A DNA stretch of 64,000 nucleotides from an uncultured bacterium (GTDB lineage Bacteria; Patescibacteriota; Patescibacteriia; Patescibacteriales; UBA12465). The stretch lies in NCBI GenBank assembly GCA_903945435.1, contig CAJAVM010000001.1, positions 73,071 through 137,070 on the forward strand, written 5' to 3'. A program made the position numbers and the translations under genes. Each line of letters begins with the position of its first letter. Positions within the stretch are counted from its first letter, which is position 1. Of this stretch, positions 38,495-46,363 are shown one piece after another. The notes under the pieces were generated by a model. The model did not search any database. It had not been told where the DNA came from and saw nothing but the letters and a program-made list of their open reading frames with translations.

Positions 38495-38513
38495 ATATTT
38501 TTATTATAAATGT

Positions 38514-38522
38514 ATTTTAGCA
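38514..38522 (-). promoter_or_regulatory. Extended -10 element (TGCTAAAAT) upstream of ddl
   Basis: The complement of 38514-38522 reads TGCTAAAAT, about 20 nt upstream of the ddl ATG. The same 9-mer precedes the gene at 51122, and the KH-gene promoter has the same TGC-TAAAAT element. Confidence 0.45.
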
Positions 38523-38578
38523 AAAAATAAGTTTTATTTATACAAGGACTTCTCCATCAGCCCTGTTGATAAATCCTC

Positions 38579-38607
38579 TTGATTCTTTTTATTCTTTTAT
38601 TTAATAT
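38579..38607 (+). promoter_or_regulatory. Sigma70-type promoter at the head of the ddl-polA gap (TTGATT, 17-nt spacer, TAATAT)
   Basis: TTGATT at 38579-38584, TAATAT at 38602-38607. No annotated gene lies downstream before polA. Confidence 0.5.
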
Positions 38608-38631
38608 AACAACATACCAAAGCTACAGAAC

Positions 38632-38934
38632 ATGATGACAAAAGTGTTTTTGGTCTTGATTCTGAGTTTCGGTCCGCTCTCACAAGTTAAGTATCTGGAT
38701 ACATCCCTTAAAAGCCTCGTGCTATTACAAGCGGACTTCCAGGAAGTTGATTTTCCGGAAATAATCGGTCTTGTACCGACCATTCCCACAACACTTAACG
38801 TTGTTACTCAAGCGGCCCCACTTTTTGCCGGGGCTATACCACATCTGTTTTTTTTACTCACAGAAAAGTTGGCGTATCAAAGGCAAAAGTACGAACTCAG
38901 AGGTATAATAGAAGAGGAAATATTATACCTATGA
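38632..38934 (+). CDS. Doubtful 100-aa ORF with a hydrophobic N-terminus; the frame stays open past its TGA
   Basis: ORF-track entry. First-codon-position G is about 28%, which is coding-like. No SD, though SD motifs are rare throughout this window. It is the only ORF in the window that ends in TGA. No recognisable family. Confidence 0.25.
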   Translation: MMTKVFLVLILSFGPLSQVKYLDTSLKSLVLLQADFQEVDFPEIIGLVPTIPTTLNVVTQAAPLFAGAIPHLFFLLTEKLAYQRQKYELRGIIEEEILYL

Positions 38935-39065
38935 CAATGTTATCCTCGGATTAAAGATTTCTTTAATCGTAGTACCTTCTTAGTCTCATCAAGAGACGCA
39001 CAAAACATTATGGACCTTCAATCACAAGACAGGGTCCTGTACAAAAAACTAAAAAGCTCTAAACC

Positions 39066-39096
39066 AAAAAGCGCCGTCAACCTACGAGCGCTTTTT
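39066..39096 (+). terminator. Possible intrinsic terminator (AAAAAGCGC, 13-nt loop, GCGCTTTTT)
   Basis: Only 4 G:C pairs plus A:U pairs and a long loop, so it is weak. It lies 73 nt upstream of the polA ATG. Confidence 0.4.
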
Positions 39097-39168
39097 ACTT
39101 GGTCAAAAATAAGAAAACCCCGTTTTAGTCAAATAGAAATTCTTAAGACTATATGATAAACTAATATT

Positions 39169-41916
39169 ATGTCTAAAACTAAACCAAAACTTATTATCAT
39201 TGATGGAAATGCGATTATTCACCGCAGTTTTCATGCCCTTCCACCAACCCTCAGAACTAAGGATGGGGTTTTAGTTAATGCGGTCTATGGCTTTACCTCT
39301 TTCTTATTAAAATCCTTAAACGAGTTTCATCCGGAATATGTAATATTAACCTTAGATAAAGCTGGTAAAACTTTTAGACATGAGGCTTATGCGGAATATA
39401 AAGCGACTAGGGTTAAAGCGCCTGATGAATTATACGAACAGATTCCGCTCGTTAAACGTATCGCCGAAGTTTTTGATATCCCAATTTTTGAAAAAACTGG
39501 TTTTGAAGCCGATGATTTAATTGGAACCCTTTGCAAACAAGCGGAAAAGGAAAAAAACTTAGAAACCATTATCATGACTGGCGATATGGACACCCTCCAA
39601 CTAGTTAGCGAGAAAACAAAAGTTTATACCATGAGCCGTGGCTTATCAGATAGCGTTTTATACGATGCTGATAAAATTAAAGAGAGATATAATTTAACGC
39701 CTGAGCAAGTAATTGATTACAAAGCTTTACGTGGCGACCCAAGCGATAACATTCCTGGCGTTAGAGGAATCGGTGAAAAAACAGCAGTTGAGCTGTTAGT
39801 AGACTTCAAGGATTTAGATGGAGTATATAAAGCAGCTGAGAAAAATGATAAAAAAATAAAACCTCGAACCATAGAATTACTAACCACTTCTCGAGAAAAT
39901 GCATTTTTAAGTAAAGAATTAGCAACTATTGATTGCAATGCGCCAATTGAGCTCTCTTTGGAAAAGGCGCGTTTCGCAACTTTTAATTTAGACAAAGTTT
40001 TAAGTATATTTAGTGAATTTGAATTTAGATCACTTCTTGGAAAAGTTAAGGAGGTTCGAGATAGATTAGAGAAAGCACATCAAGGAGGCGAAGCAGGAGC
40101 GGAAGTAGTTGAACAGAAAATTGAAAAACGTCGTCAAGAAACTAATTATACTTTTATTAAAACGGAGACTGAATTTACAGATTTTTGTTTAAATTTAAGT
40201 AAGGCAAAAGAATTTGCCTTCAAAACTGAAGCTTCCGATACTAATCCTCTCACGGCCGAAATTTTAGGAATGTCATATTGTATAAAAGAAGGTGAGGCAT
40301 ATTTCGCAACTATTAATAAGGAACGTTTAGCAAAATTAAAACCTATTTTTGAAAATGAAAATATTAAAAAAACTGGTCATAATATAAAATTTGACTGGCG
40401 CATTTTAAATAAATTAGGAATCAATCTTCAGGGAATATATTTTGATGTCATGATTGCTTCATATTTACTCAATCCCGGAGAAAGGCGACATGATTTAGAT
40501 GCGCTCGCTTTTTCTGAATTAGGAATAGAAAAAATAACTTCTAAAAATATCCAAGCCGAAGAACCTAAACAATTAAGTTTAGACTTTAGCGGACCTGACC
40601 CAGAAAAATTAAGTTTATTTGCCTGTGAAAATGCTGATTTAATAAAACAATTAGAAGAGATATTAAATAAAAAATTAAAAGAACTAGAGCTAGCTGATGT
40701 TTTTAATAAAATAGAGATGCCTCTCACTTCTATTCTTGGTGAAATGGAAAATCACGGAGTGAGAATAGCAATGGCTCCTCTAAATAAGCTAGATAAAGAA
40801 GTAAAAATAAAAATTAAAAAGCTAGAAAAAGAAATTCATAAATTAGCTGGTAGTGATTTTAATATTAATTCAACCAAACAACTCAAGGAAGTTTTATTTA
40901 CTACTTTAGAAATTCCAACTGATGGTTTAAAGAAAACAAAAACCGGATTTTCAACCGCTGAAGATGAACTAGAAAAATTAAAGAACTTACATCCGATTAT
41001 TATTTTATTACAAGAATACCGAGAATTAAATAAGCTAGAAACAACTTATTTAAATGCTTTACCAAAAATGATAAATCCAGAAACCGGAAAGATTCATACT
41101 AATTTTAATCAAACGGTCGCTGCAACCGGAAGGCTTTCTTCTAATGAACCGAATTTACAAAATATTCCTACTAGAACTGAAGAGGGTAGACGAATTAGAG
41201 AGGCTTTTGTAGCTGATGATGGATATAAATTAATTGGTTTTGATTATTCGCAAATTGAACTACGTCTTGCGGCTCATATGTCTAAAGACGCTGGGATGAT
41301 AGCTGCTTTTAATTCTGGAGAAGATATTCACAGTGCAACAGCTGCGGGAATTAATGGCGTTAGCCTTAAAGAAGTTACCAAAGAAATGCGCCGCGAAGCT
41401 AAAGCGGTTAACTTTGGTATTCTATATGGACAAGGCGCACATGGCTTAAGCCAGGGGGCAGGAATTTCCTATTCTGAAGCTGGCCAATTTATTAAAAAAT
41501 ATTTTGAAACTTATCCGGGAATTAAAAAAATGATTGATGGTTTTATTAAACAGGCCCGTGAAGAAGGCTATGCAATTACCATGTTTGGACGTCGTCGTCC
41601 TTTACCTGATATGGAATCGACTATTCCCTTTGTGAAAAAAAGTGCGGAACGCATGGCAATCAATACTCCCGTTCAAGGTTCGGCAGCTGATTTAATAAAA
41701 ATGGCCATGATTCAAATTTCAGAAATGATTGGAAATAAACAGGATGAAATTCGCATGCTTTTACAAGTTCATGATGAATTGATTTTTGAAATTAAAGAGG
41801 ATAAGATACAATCTTACCTACCAAAAATAAGAGAAATCATGCAAGATGTAGTAAAATTGAAAGTTCCGATTACAGTTGATGAGCATACTGGCGATAACTG
41901 GGGCGAACTTAAATAA
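39169..41916 (+). CDS. polA: DNA polymerase I
   Basis: 915 aa. 5' nuclease domain (LIIIDGNAIIHRSFHA, GDPSDNIPGV). Pol motifs A (DYSQIELR), B (RREAKAVNFGILYG) and C (QVHDEL). The 3'-5' exo motifs are partly degenerate. Confidence 0.95.
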   Translation: MSKTKPKLIIIDGNAIIHRSFHALPPTLRTKDGVLVNAVYGFTSFLLKSLNEFHPEYVILTLDKAGKTFRHEAYAEYKATRVKAPDELYEQIPLVKRIAEVFDIPIFEKTGFEADDLIGTLCKQAEKEKNLETIIMTGDMDTLQLVSEKTKVYTMSRGLSDSVLYDADKIKERYNLTPEQVIDYKALRGDPSDNIPGVRGIGEKTAVELLVDFKDLDGVYKAAEKNDKKIKPRTIELLTTSRENAFLSKELATIDCNAPIELSLEKARFATFNLDKVLSIFSEFEFRSLLGKVKEVRDRLEKAHQGGEAGAEVVEQKIEKRRQETNYTFIKTETEFTDFCLNLSKAKEFAFKTEASDTNPLTAEILGMSYCIKEGEAYFATINKERLAKLKPIFENENIKKTGHNIKFDWRILNKLGINLQGIYFDVMIASYLLNPGERRHDLDALAFSELGIEKITSKNIQAEEPKQLSLDFSGPDPEKLSLFACENADLIKQLEEILNKKLKELELADVFNKIEMPLTSILGEMENHGVRIAMAPLNKLDKEVKIKIKKLEKEIHKLAGSDFNINSTKQLKEVLFTTLEIPTDGLKKTKTGFSTAEDELEKLKNLHPIIILLQEYRELNKLETTYLNALPKMINPETGKIHTNFNQTVAATGRLSSNEPNLQNIPTRTEEGRRIREAFVADDGYKLIGFDYSQIELRLAAHMSKDAGMIAAFNSGEDIHSATAAGINGVSLKEVTKEMRREAKAVNFGILYGQGAHGLSQGAGISYSEAGQFIKKYFETYPGIKKMIDGFIKQAREEGYAITMFGRRRPLPDMESTIPFVKKSAERMAINTPVQGSAADLIKMAMIQISEMIGNKQDEIRMLLQVHDELIFEIKEDKIQSYLPKIREIMQDVVKLKVPITVDEHTGDNWGELK

Positions 41917-41926
41917 AACTAAAACA

Positions 41927-43255
41927 ATGAAAACCAAATCAAAAAATCAGATTACTAAAATTGCTCTTTTAGGACTAGGTTTAGATAACCTGGCTCTTTT
42001 AGAATTATTAGACGCTAATAATGCTCCAGCTGAAGTTACTATTTGTGATTTTAGAGATAAAGATAAATTACCAAAAATAAAAATAAAAAATCTAACAATA
42101 AATTATCGACTAGGCGAAAGCTTTAACAAAAATTTAGGAGATTTTTCTTTATTATTTCGTTCTCCCGGTTGGCCAGTTAATTGCCCAGGGATTTATGAAG
42201 CTTTAAAAAATAAAATCACCAAACTATCTAGCCCTTTAAACTTATTTTTTAATCTTGTTCCAACTAAAAACATAATCGGCATAACCGGAACCAAGGGAAA
42301 AGGAACGACCGCAACTTTAATTTATAAAATTCTATTAGCTAATAAAAAAACTTCCGGAAAAAATGTTTTTTTGGGCGGAAACATTGGAATCACCCCACTT
42401 TCATTTTTAAATAAAATTAAGCCTGATGATTACGTTGTTTTAGAATTATCGAGCTTTCAACTTGAAGACTTAGAATATTCTCCAAAAATTTCAGTGATAA
42501 CCAATTTATTTAAGGAACATCTCGCTCCCGCCGACCCTAATAATCCTAATTTCCACTCATCAATAAATAAATATTGGAAGGCAAAATTAAATATCGCCAA
42601 GAATCAAGAAAATAAACATTTAATAGCTAACGAATCTTTAAGAAAAATATTAACTAAAGAAAACCCTCGGGGAAAAGTAATTTATTTTTCCGATTGCAGC
42701 CTACCTTCAAAACTAACCGGTAATTATAATCGTCAAAATATTGCCGCCGCCGTTGAAGTTGCTAAATTATTAAAAATAAAACCTGAGATATATAAAAAAG
42801 TAATCGCTCGGTTTGGAAATTTAGAACATCGCCTAGAATTAGTTGCGGAAATAAATAAAATAAAATATTTTGATAATAGTTTTTCGACTACCCCTGAAAG
42901 TACTGCTTTAGATTTAGAGTCTTTCAACGTTCCAATTGTCCAAATTGCTGGCGGCGCCGATAAGGGCGCAGAATTTAAAAACCTCGCCAAAGTAATTAAG
43001 GAAAAAACTTCTTTTTTAATCTTACTTCCAGGACATGGGTCCGATAGAATTAAAAGTGAACTTAAAAAAATTAATTTTCCAAATAATAAGTTAGCTCTAA
43101 CAAGTGGTATGGAAGAGGCGGTTAAAATTTCCAAACAAAAAGCAACCCCCGGTAACGTCGTTTTACTATCAACCGCTTGTGCTAGTTTCGGAATATTTAA
43201 AAATTATAAAGAAAGAGGTGACCTGTTTAAAAAATATGTCAGACAAACAAAATAA
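41927..43255 (+). CDS. murD: UDP-N-acetylmuramoylalanine--D-glutamate ligase
   Basis: P-loop GITGTKGKGTT and a Mur ligase C-terminal domain. I prefer the ATG at 41927 (MKTKSKNQ...), just after the polA stop, over the track start at 41876 inside polA. Confidence 0.8.
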   Translation: MKTKSKNQITKIALLGLGLDNLALLELLDANNAPAEVTICDFRDKDKLPKIKIKNLTINYRLGESFNKNLGDFSLLFRSPGWPVNCPGIYEALKNKITKLSSPLNLFFNLVPTKNIIGITGTKGKGTTATLIYKILLANKKTSGKNVFLGGNIGITPLSFLNKIKPDDYVVLELSSFQLEDLEYSPKISVITNLFKEHLAPADPNNPNFHSSINKYWKAKLNIAKNQENKHLIANESLRKILTKENPRGKVIYFSDCSLPSKLTGNYNRQNIAAAVEVAKLLKIKPEIYKKVIARFGNLEHRLELVAEINKIKYFDNSFSTTPESTALDLESFNVPIVQIAGGADKGAEFKNLAKVIKEKTSFLILLPGHGSDRIKSELKKINFPNNKLALTSGMEEAVKISKQKATPGNVVLLSTACASFGIFKNYKERGDLFKKYVRQTK

Positions 43256-44087
43256 AACTCAGCAACCAAAAAATATCATCGGCGTTTTTGATTCAGGCCT
43301 AGGCGGGCTGACTGTTTTTAAACATTTTCTAAAAGATTTACCAGAATATAATTATATCTATCTAGGCGATAACGCTCGTCTACCGTACGGCGAAAAATCA
43401 CAGGCAACAATTTATGAGTATACTCTAGAGGCAATGGAATTTTTATTTAAAAAAGGTTGTAACTTAATTATTATTGCCTGCAATACTGCTTCTGCTCAAG
43501 CATTACGACGTCTTCAACAAGAATATCTCCCAAAACACTGGCCAGACAGAAGAATTCTCGGGGTTATTAGACCGCTAGCTGAAGAATTCGCAAATCAGAA
43601 AATAAAGAAAATCGGAGTAATCGGAACAAAGTCTACTATTAATTCCGGAGCTTATGAAATTGAAATTAAAAAATTAAATCCAAATATTAAAGTTGAAGCA
43701 ACTAGCGCGCCATTACTCGTTCCTTTAATAGAAGAGGGCTGGGCGAAAAAACCGGAAACAAAAATGATTCTTAAAAAATATCTTCATCCTTTAAAAACAA
43801 AGCAGGTAGAAGCTCTAATTTTAGGTTGTACGCATTATCCATATCTATTAAAAGAAATCAAAAATATTATGGGTCGCAGAATTTCAGTGCTTGACCCAGG
43901 AAAAATTATTGCTAGTCGCTTAAAAAAATATTTAGACAAGCACTCAGAACTCGGACTGAAATCAACCACAGAAAAAACTAGAAATTATTATACAACCGAC
44001 GACCCTAAGATTTTTAAAGACTTAGGAGAAAAGTTTTTAGACGCTAAAATAGTAAATATTGAACAAGTTAAAATAACCGAACTGTAA
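43236..44087 (+). CDS. murI: Glutamate racemase
   Basis: GVFDSGLGGLTV, ACNTAS and GCTHYP motifs. I prefer the ATG at 43236 (MSDKQNK...), which overlaps the murD end by 20 nt, over the track start at 43104. Confidence 0.88.
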   Translation: MSDKQNKTQQPKNIIGVFDSGLGGLTVFKHFLKDLPEYNYIYLGDNARLPYGEKSQATIYEYTLEAMEFLFKKGCNLIIIACNTASAQALRRLQQEYLPKHWPDRRILGVIRPLAEEFANQKIKKIGVIGTKSTINSGAYEIEIKKLNPNIKVEATSAPLLVPLIEEGWAKKPETKMILKKYLHPLKTKQVEALILGCTHYPYLLKEIKNIMGRRISVLDPGKIIASRLKKYLDKHSELGLKSTTEKTRNYYTTDDPKIFKDLGEKFLDAKIVNIEQVKITEL

Positions 44088-44089
44088 TT

Positions 44090-45058
44090 ATGATTATCTT
44101 TCTTTACGGAGCCGACTCTTTTCGCTCAAGACGACTACTCCAAGAAATGAAAACCAAATTTATTAAAGATACTGACCATGATTCAGATAGTTTAGGTTTG
44201 GTTGATGGCCAAACAACAGACCTTAAAGAAATAAATGAAAAAATAAATACCGGTTCTCTTTTTACAAAAAAGAGAATGGTAATTATTGAAGATATTTTCA
44301 AAAATAAAAAGACAAAAATATTTACCGAGATTCTTCCCTATTTAAAAAAAGCAGAGACTGATGAGGAAAAAATAATTATTTTTCACGATAGCGAATTAAA
44401 TGAAAAAGGCTCGATGCTTAAAGCTGATGCTAAAAAATTATTTGCGTTCTTACTTAAACAAAAATACGTTCAAGAATTTCAAAGGTTAAAAGACGCCGGA
44501 CTCCTAAGCTTTATCAAAAAAGAAGCAGAAATGAACGGAAAAGAAATCGGGATGCCGGCGGCTACGGAAATAATTAAGAGAACGGGTGGAAATCTTTGGT
44601 TAATTTCTCAAGGCTTGAAAAAAGCTTCTTTGAGTAACGAGGGCAAAACAATCAGTATAGAAGCCGTAAAAGAAATGACTGCTGAAATATTTGAAGAAAA
44701 TATTTTTGCTTTAACTGATGCCTTGGGCGGAAAAAATAAAAAATTAGCTTTACAAATTTTAGAAGAACAATATTCAGCCGGCGTAAGTGATGAATATCTC
44801 ATCGCAATGCTCATTAGACAATTCAAAATTTTAGTTCAAATAAATGCTGCACTAGATTCTAGATTAACTCCCGATTCAATTGCCTCTAAATTAAAAATAC
44901 ACCCCTTCGTTGCTAAAAAAGGGGTTGCTCAGGTTAGAAACTTCTCCAAACAACAACTATTAAATTATTTAAATAAACTGATTCAATTAGATTTTTCCAG
45001 TAAGACCGGTGGTGGGAATATAAAAGTAGAATTAACAATGCTGATTGCGGGTCTCTAA
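44090..45058 (+). CDS. holA: DNA polymerase III delta subunit
   Basis: 322 aa. The N-terminal IIFLYGADSFRSRRLL pattern and helical C-terminal domain are typical of HolA. Confidence 0.7.
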   Translation: MIIFLYGADSFRSRRLLQEMKTKFIKDTDHDSDSLGLVDGQTTDLKEINEKINTGSLFTKKRMVIIEDIFKNKKTKIFTEILPYLKKAETDEEKIIIFHDSELNEKGSMLKADAKKLFAFLLKQKYVQEFQRLKDAGLLSFIKKEAEMNGKEIGMPAATEIIKRTGGNLWLISQGLKKASLSNEGKTISIEAVKEMTAEIFEENIFALTDALGGKNKKLALQILEEQYSAGVSDEYLIAMLIRQFKILVQINAALDSRLTPDSIASKLKIHPFVAKKGVAQVRNFSKQQLLNYLNKLIQLDFSSKTGGGNIKVELTMLIAGL

Positions 45059-45172
45059 AAAGACTAAAACCAATAGATAGCGCCTGAAACCCTTGCCTTT
45101 TTATTTATTATTTGTTATATTCTAATTCAGAATTTCTGAAGGTGAGAATCTGGTTTTTTTCGTTTAAAAATC

Positions 45173-45246
45173 GGGCAATTAGCTCAGTTGGTTAGAGCGC
45201 AACACTGATAATGTTGAGGTCGGAGGTTCGAATCCTCCATTGCCCA
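45173..45246 (+). tRNA. tRNA-Ile (GAU)
   Basis: 74-nt cloverleaf. Acceptor GGGCAAU/AUUGCCC, anticodon arm CAACA-CUGAUAA-UGUUG, T-arm GGAGG-UUCGAAU-CCUCC. Confidence 0.95.
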
Positions 45247-45274
45247 CTTTAGCCTGATAAAAGGTAAAATTTAT

Positions 45275-45347
45275 AGCGGGATAGAGCAGTTGGCAGCTCG
45301 CCAGGCCCATAACCTGGAGGTCGTCGGTTCGAGTCCGACTCCCGCAA
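45275..45347 (+). tRNA. Initiator-type tRNA-Met (CAU)
   Basis: 73 nt and closely parallel to E. coli tRNA-fMet (GCGGG...GAGCAG...AGCUCG...CAUAACC...AGGUCGUCGGUUC...CCCGCAA). It has an unpaired 1:72 (A.A) and A11:U24. The anticodon stem has only 2 of the 3 hallmark G:C pairs, and position 33 is C. Confidence 0.85.
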
Positions 45348-45366
45348 CTAAAAACTTTAACATCGG

Positions 45367-45438
45367 GCCTCGGTAGCTCAGTGGTAGAGCAAAGGATTGA
45401 AAATCCTTGTGTCGTCAGTTCGATTCTGACCCGGGGCA
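45367..45438 (+). tRNA. tRNA-Phe (GAA)
   Basis: 72-nt cloverleaf. Acceptor GCCUCGG/CCGGGGC, anticodon arm AAGGA-UUGAAAA-UCCUU. Confidence 0.93.
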
Positions 45439-45484
45439 CAGAAAAAGCAAGGTATTCCGTAGTTCCGGCGGATTATTTTTTTAT

Positions 45485-45559
45485 CGGGGTGTGGCCCAGT
45501 TGGTCTAAGGCGTCTGGTTTGGGACCAGAAGATCGAGAGTTCGAATCTCTCCACCCCGA
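45485..45559 (+). tRNA. tRNA-Pro (UGG)
   Basis: 75-nt cloverleaf. Acceptor CGGGGUG/CACCCCG, anticodon arm UCUGG-UUUGGGA-CCAGA (G37). Confidence 0.93.
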
Positions 45560-45644
45560 CACTTGATTTTTATTTATTATTGTGTTAATGTTTCCATAGA
45601 AAGGGACGCTCGTCTCTAATAATTTTATTAATTTAGAATCCGTT

Positions 45645-45905
45645 ATGCCAAATAAGAAATCCGCGGAAAAAGAACTTCGCAAAACCGTTAAAAGAAATAC
45701 TGCTAACAAAAAGATTGCTACTAAACTTAAATCTTTGATTAAGGCTAATATTAAACAAATAAAAGCTGTTGATAAGAAGGTTAAAGAAGATTTTATCACT
45801 ACTGTTCAAGCAATTGATAAGGCTACTAAAAAAGGTATTATTAAAAAAAATACTGCTAGCCGCAAAAAATCCAGATTAATGAAGAAAATCAACGCTTTAA
45901 AATAA
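45645..45905 (+). CDS. rpsT: 30S ribosomal protein S20
   Basis: 86 aa and highly basic. MPNKKSAEKELRK N-terminus typical of S20. Confidence 0.9.
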   Translation: MPNKKSAEKELRKTVKRNTANKKIATKLKSLIKANIKQIKAVDKKVKEDFITTVQAIDKATKKGIIKKNTASRKKSRLMKKINALK

Positions 45906-45987
45906 GAAATTTTAAAAATTTTATAATAATTGTACTCCATCTTGGATGCGGACAGCTTAACCGCTTCTCGGATAGAGCGTAGAATCT

Positions 45988-46356
45988 ATGTTAGACAAAA
46001 AAGCAAAGGAAAAAATCATCAAAAAATTCCGTGTTCATGATACGGATACTGGTTCATCCCAAGTTCAGATTGCCATTTTAACAGAAGAAATCAAAGAATT
46101 AACTGAGCATTTAAAAAAACACAAGCATGATTTCTCTTCTCGTCGCGGATTACTTAAGAAAGTTGGCGAAAGAAGAAAATTACTTAAATATTTACAAAAA
46201 GAAAACGCTGAACAATTTAAAGAATTAGCTGAAAAGTTAAAACTTAAGATTGCTGCTAGATTACAGGAAGAAGAGGAAGAAGAAAAGAAAAAAGAAAAGA
46301 AATATATTAATCCTGAAGATGAAGCAGAAATAAAAGAGGAAGAAACGGAAGAATAA
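45988..46356 (+). CDS. rpsO: 30S ribosomal protein S15 with a 34-aa acidic/lysine-rich C-terminal extension
   Basis: Residues 1-88 align with canonical S15 ([36 protein letters not shown]). The tail is [17 protein letters not shown]...EEETEE. Confidence 0.92.
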   Translation: MLDKKAKEKIIKKFRVHDTDTGSSQVQIAILTEEIKELTEHLKKHKHDFSSRRGLLKKVGERRKLLKYLQKENAEQFKELAEKLKLKIAARLQEEEEEEKKKEKKYINPEDEAEIKEEETEE

Positions 46357-46363
46357 GATAACT

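Larger units (their letters stand above)
38614..39096 (+). other. Orphan transcription unit of about 480 nt: structured ncRNA candidate and/or a TGA-interrupted small gene
   Basis: Bounded by the promoter at 38579-38607 and the hairpin/T-run at 39066-39096. Hand-counted G+C is 45-48% over 38701-38820. Stems: 38672-38678/38730-38736, 38814-38835, 38949-38968, 38983-38997, 39012-39037. Confidence 0.4.

Noticed and set aside
38600-38960. RNase P RNA in the ddl-polA gap. The minus strand reads CCUGGAAGUCCGCUUG, reminiscent of the GGAAAGUCCG (CR-I/P4) motif. The plus strand has ACAGAA-like strings at about 38623 and about 38860.
   Set aside because: The motifs lie on opposite strands and in the wrong order. 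The P4-like GUCCGC and its only partner GCGGAC are about 55 nt apart, leaving no room for the specificity domain. The strict CR-I pattern is missed by one nucleotide, and I saw no GGGUGAAA-type or CR-V element.
38600-39100. tmRNA, SRP (4.5S) RNA or a hammerhead ribozyme in the same gap (GGGGCU at 38830, UCCGGAA strings, AUGAUGA at 38632).
   Set aside because: There is no tRNA-like T-arm (GGUUCGA/UCCACCA) on either strand and no GGAA-tetraloop SRP domain IV consensus. The hammerhead core needs CUGAnGA plus GAAA in a three-way junction, which is not present.
41876-43235. Longer N-termini given by the ORF track for murD (41876), murI (43104), rny (56502, TTG), ftsK (23210) and recA (60553, GTG).
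   Set aside because: The extensions overlap upstream genes or add non-conserved residues ahead of the canonical N-terminal motifs. Internal ATG codons immediately precede the conserved sequence.
45179-45799. ORFs 45179-45439 (-), 45381-45566 (+), 45473-45799 (-) and 35397-35588 (-).
   Set aside because: They are read through tRNA genes (Ile, fMet, Phe, Pro, Ala) and the start of rpsT. Their openness reflects GC-rich tRNA sequence.
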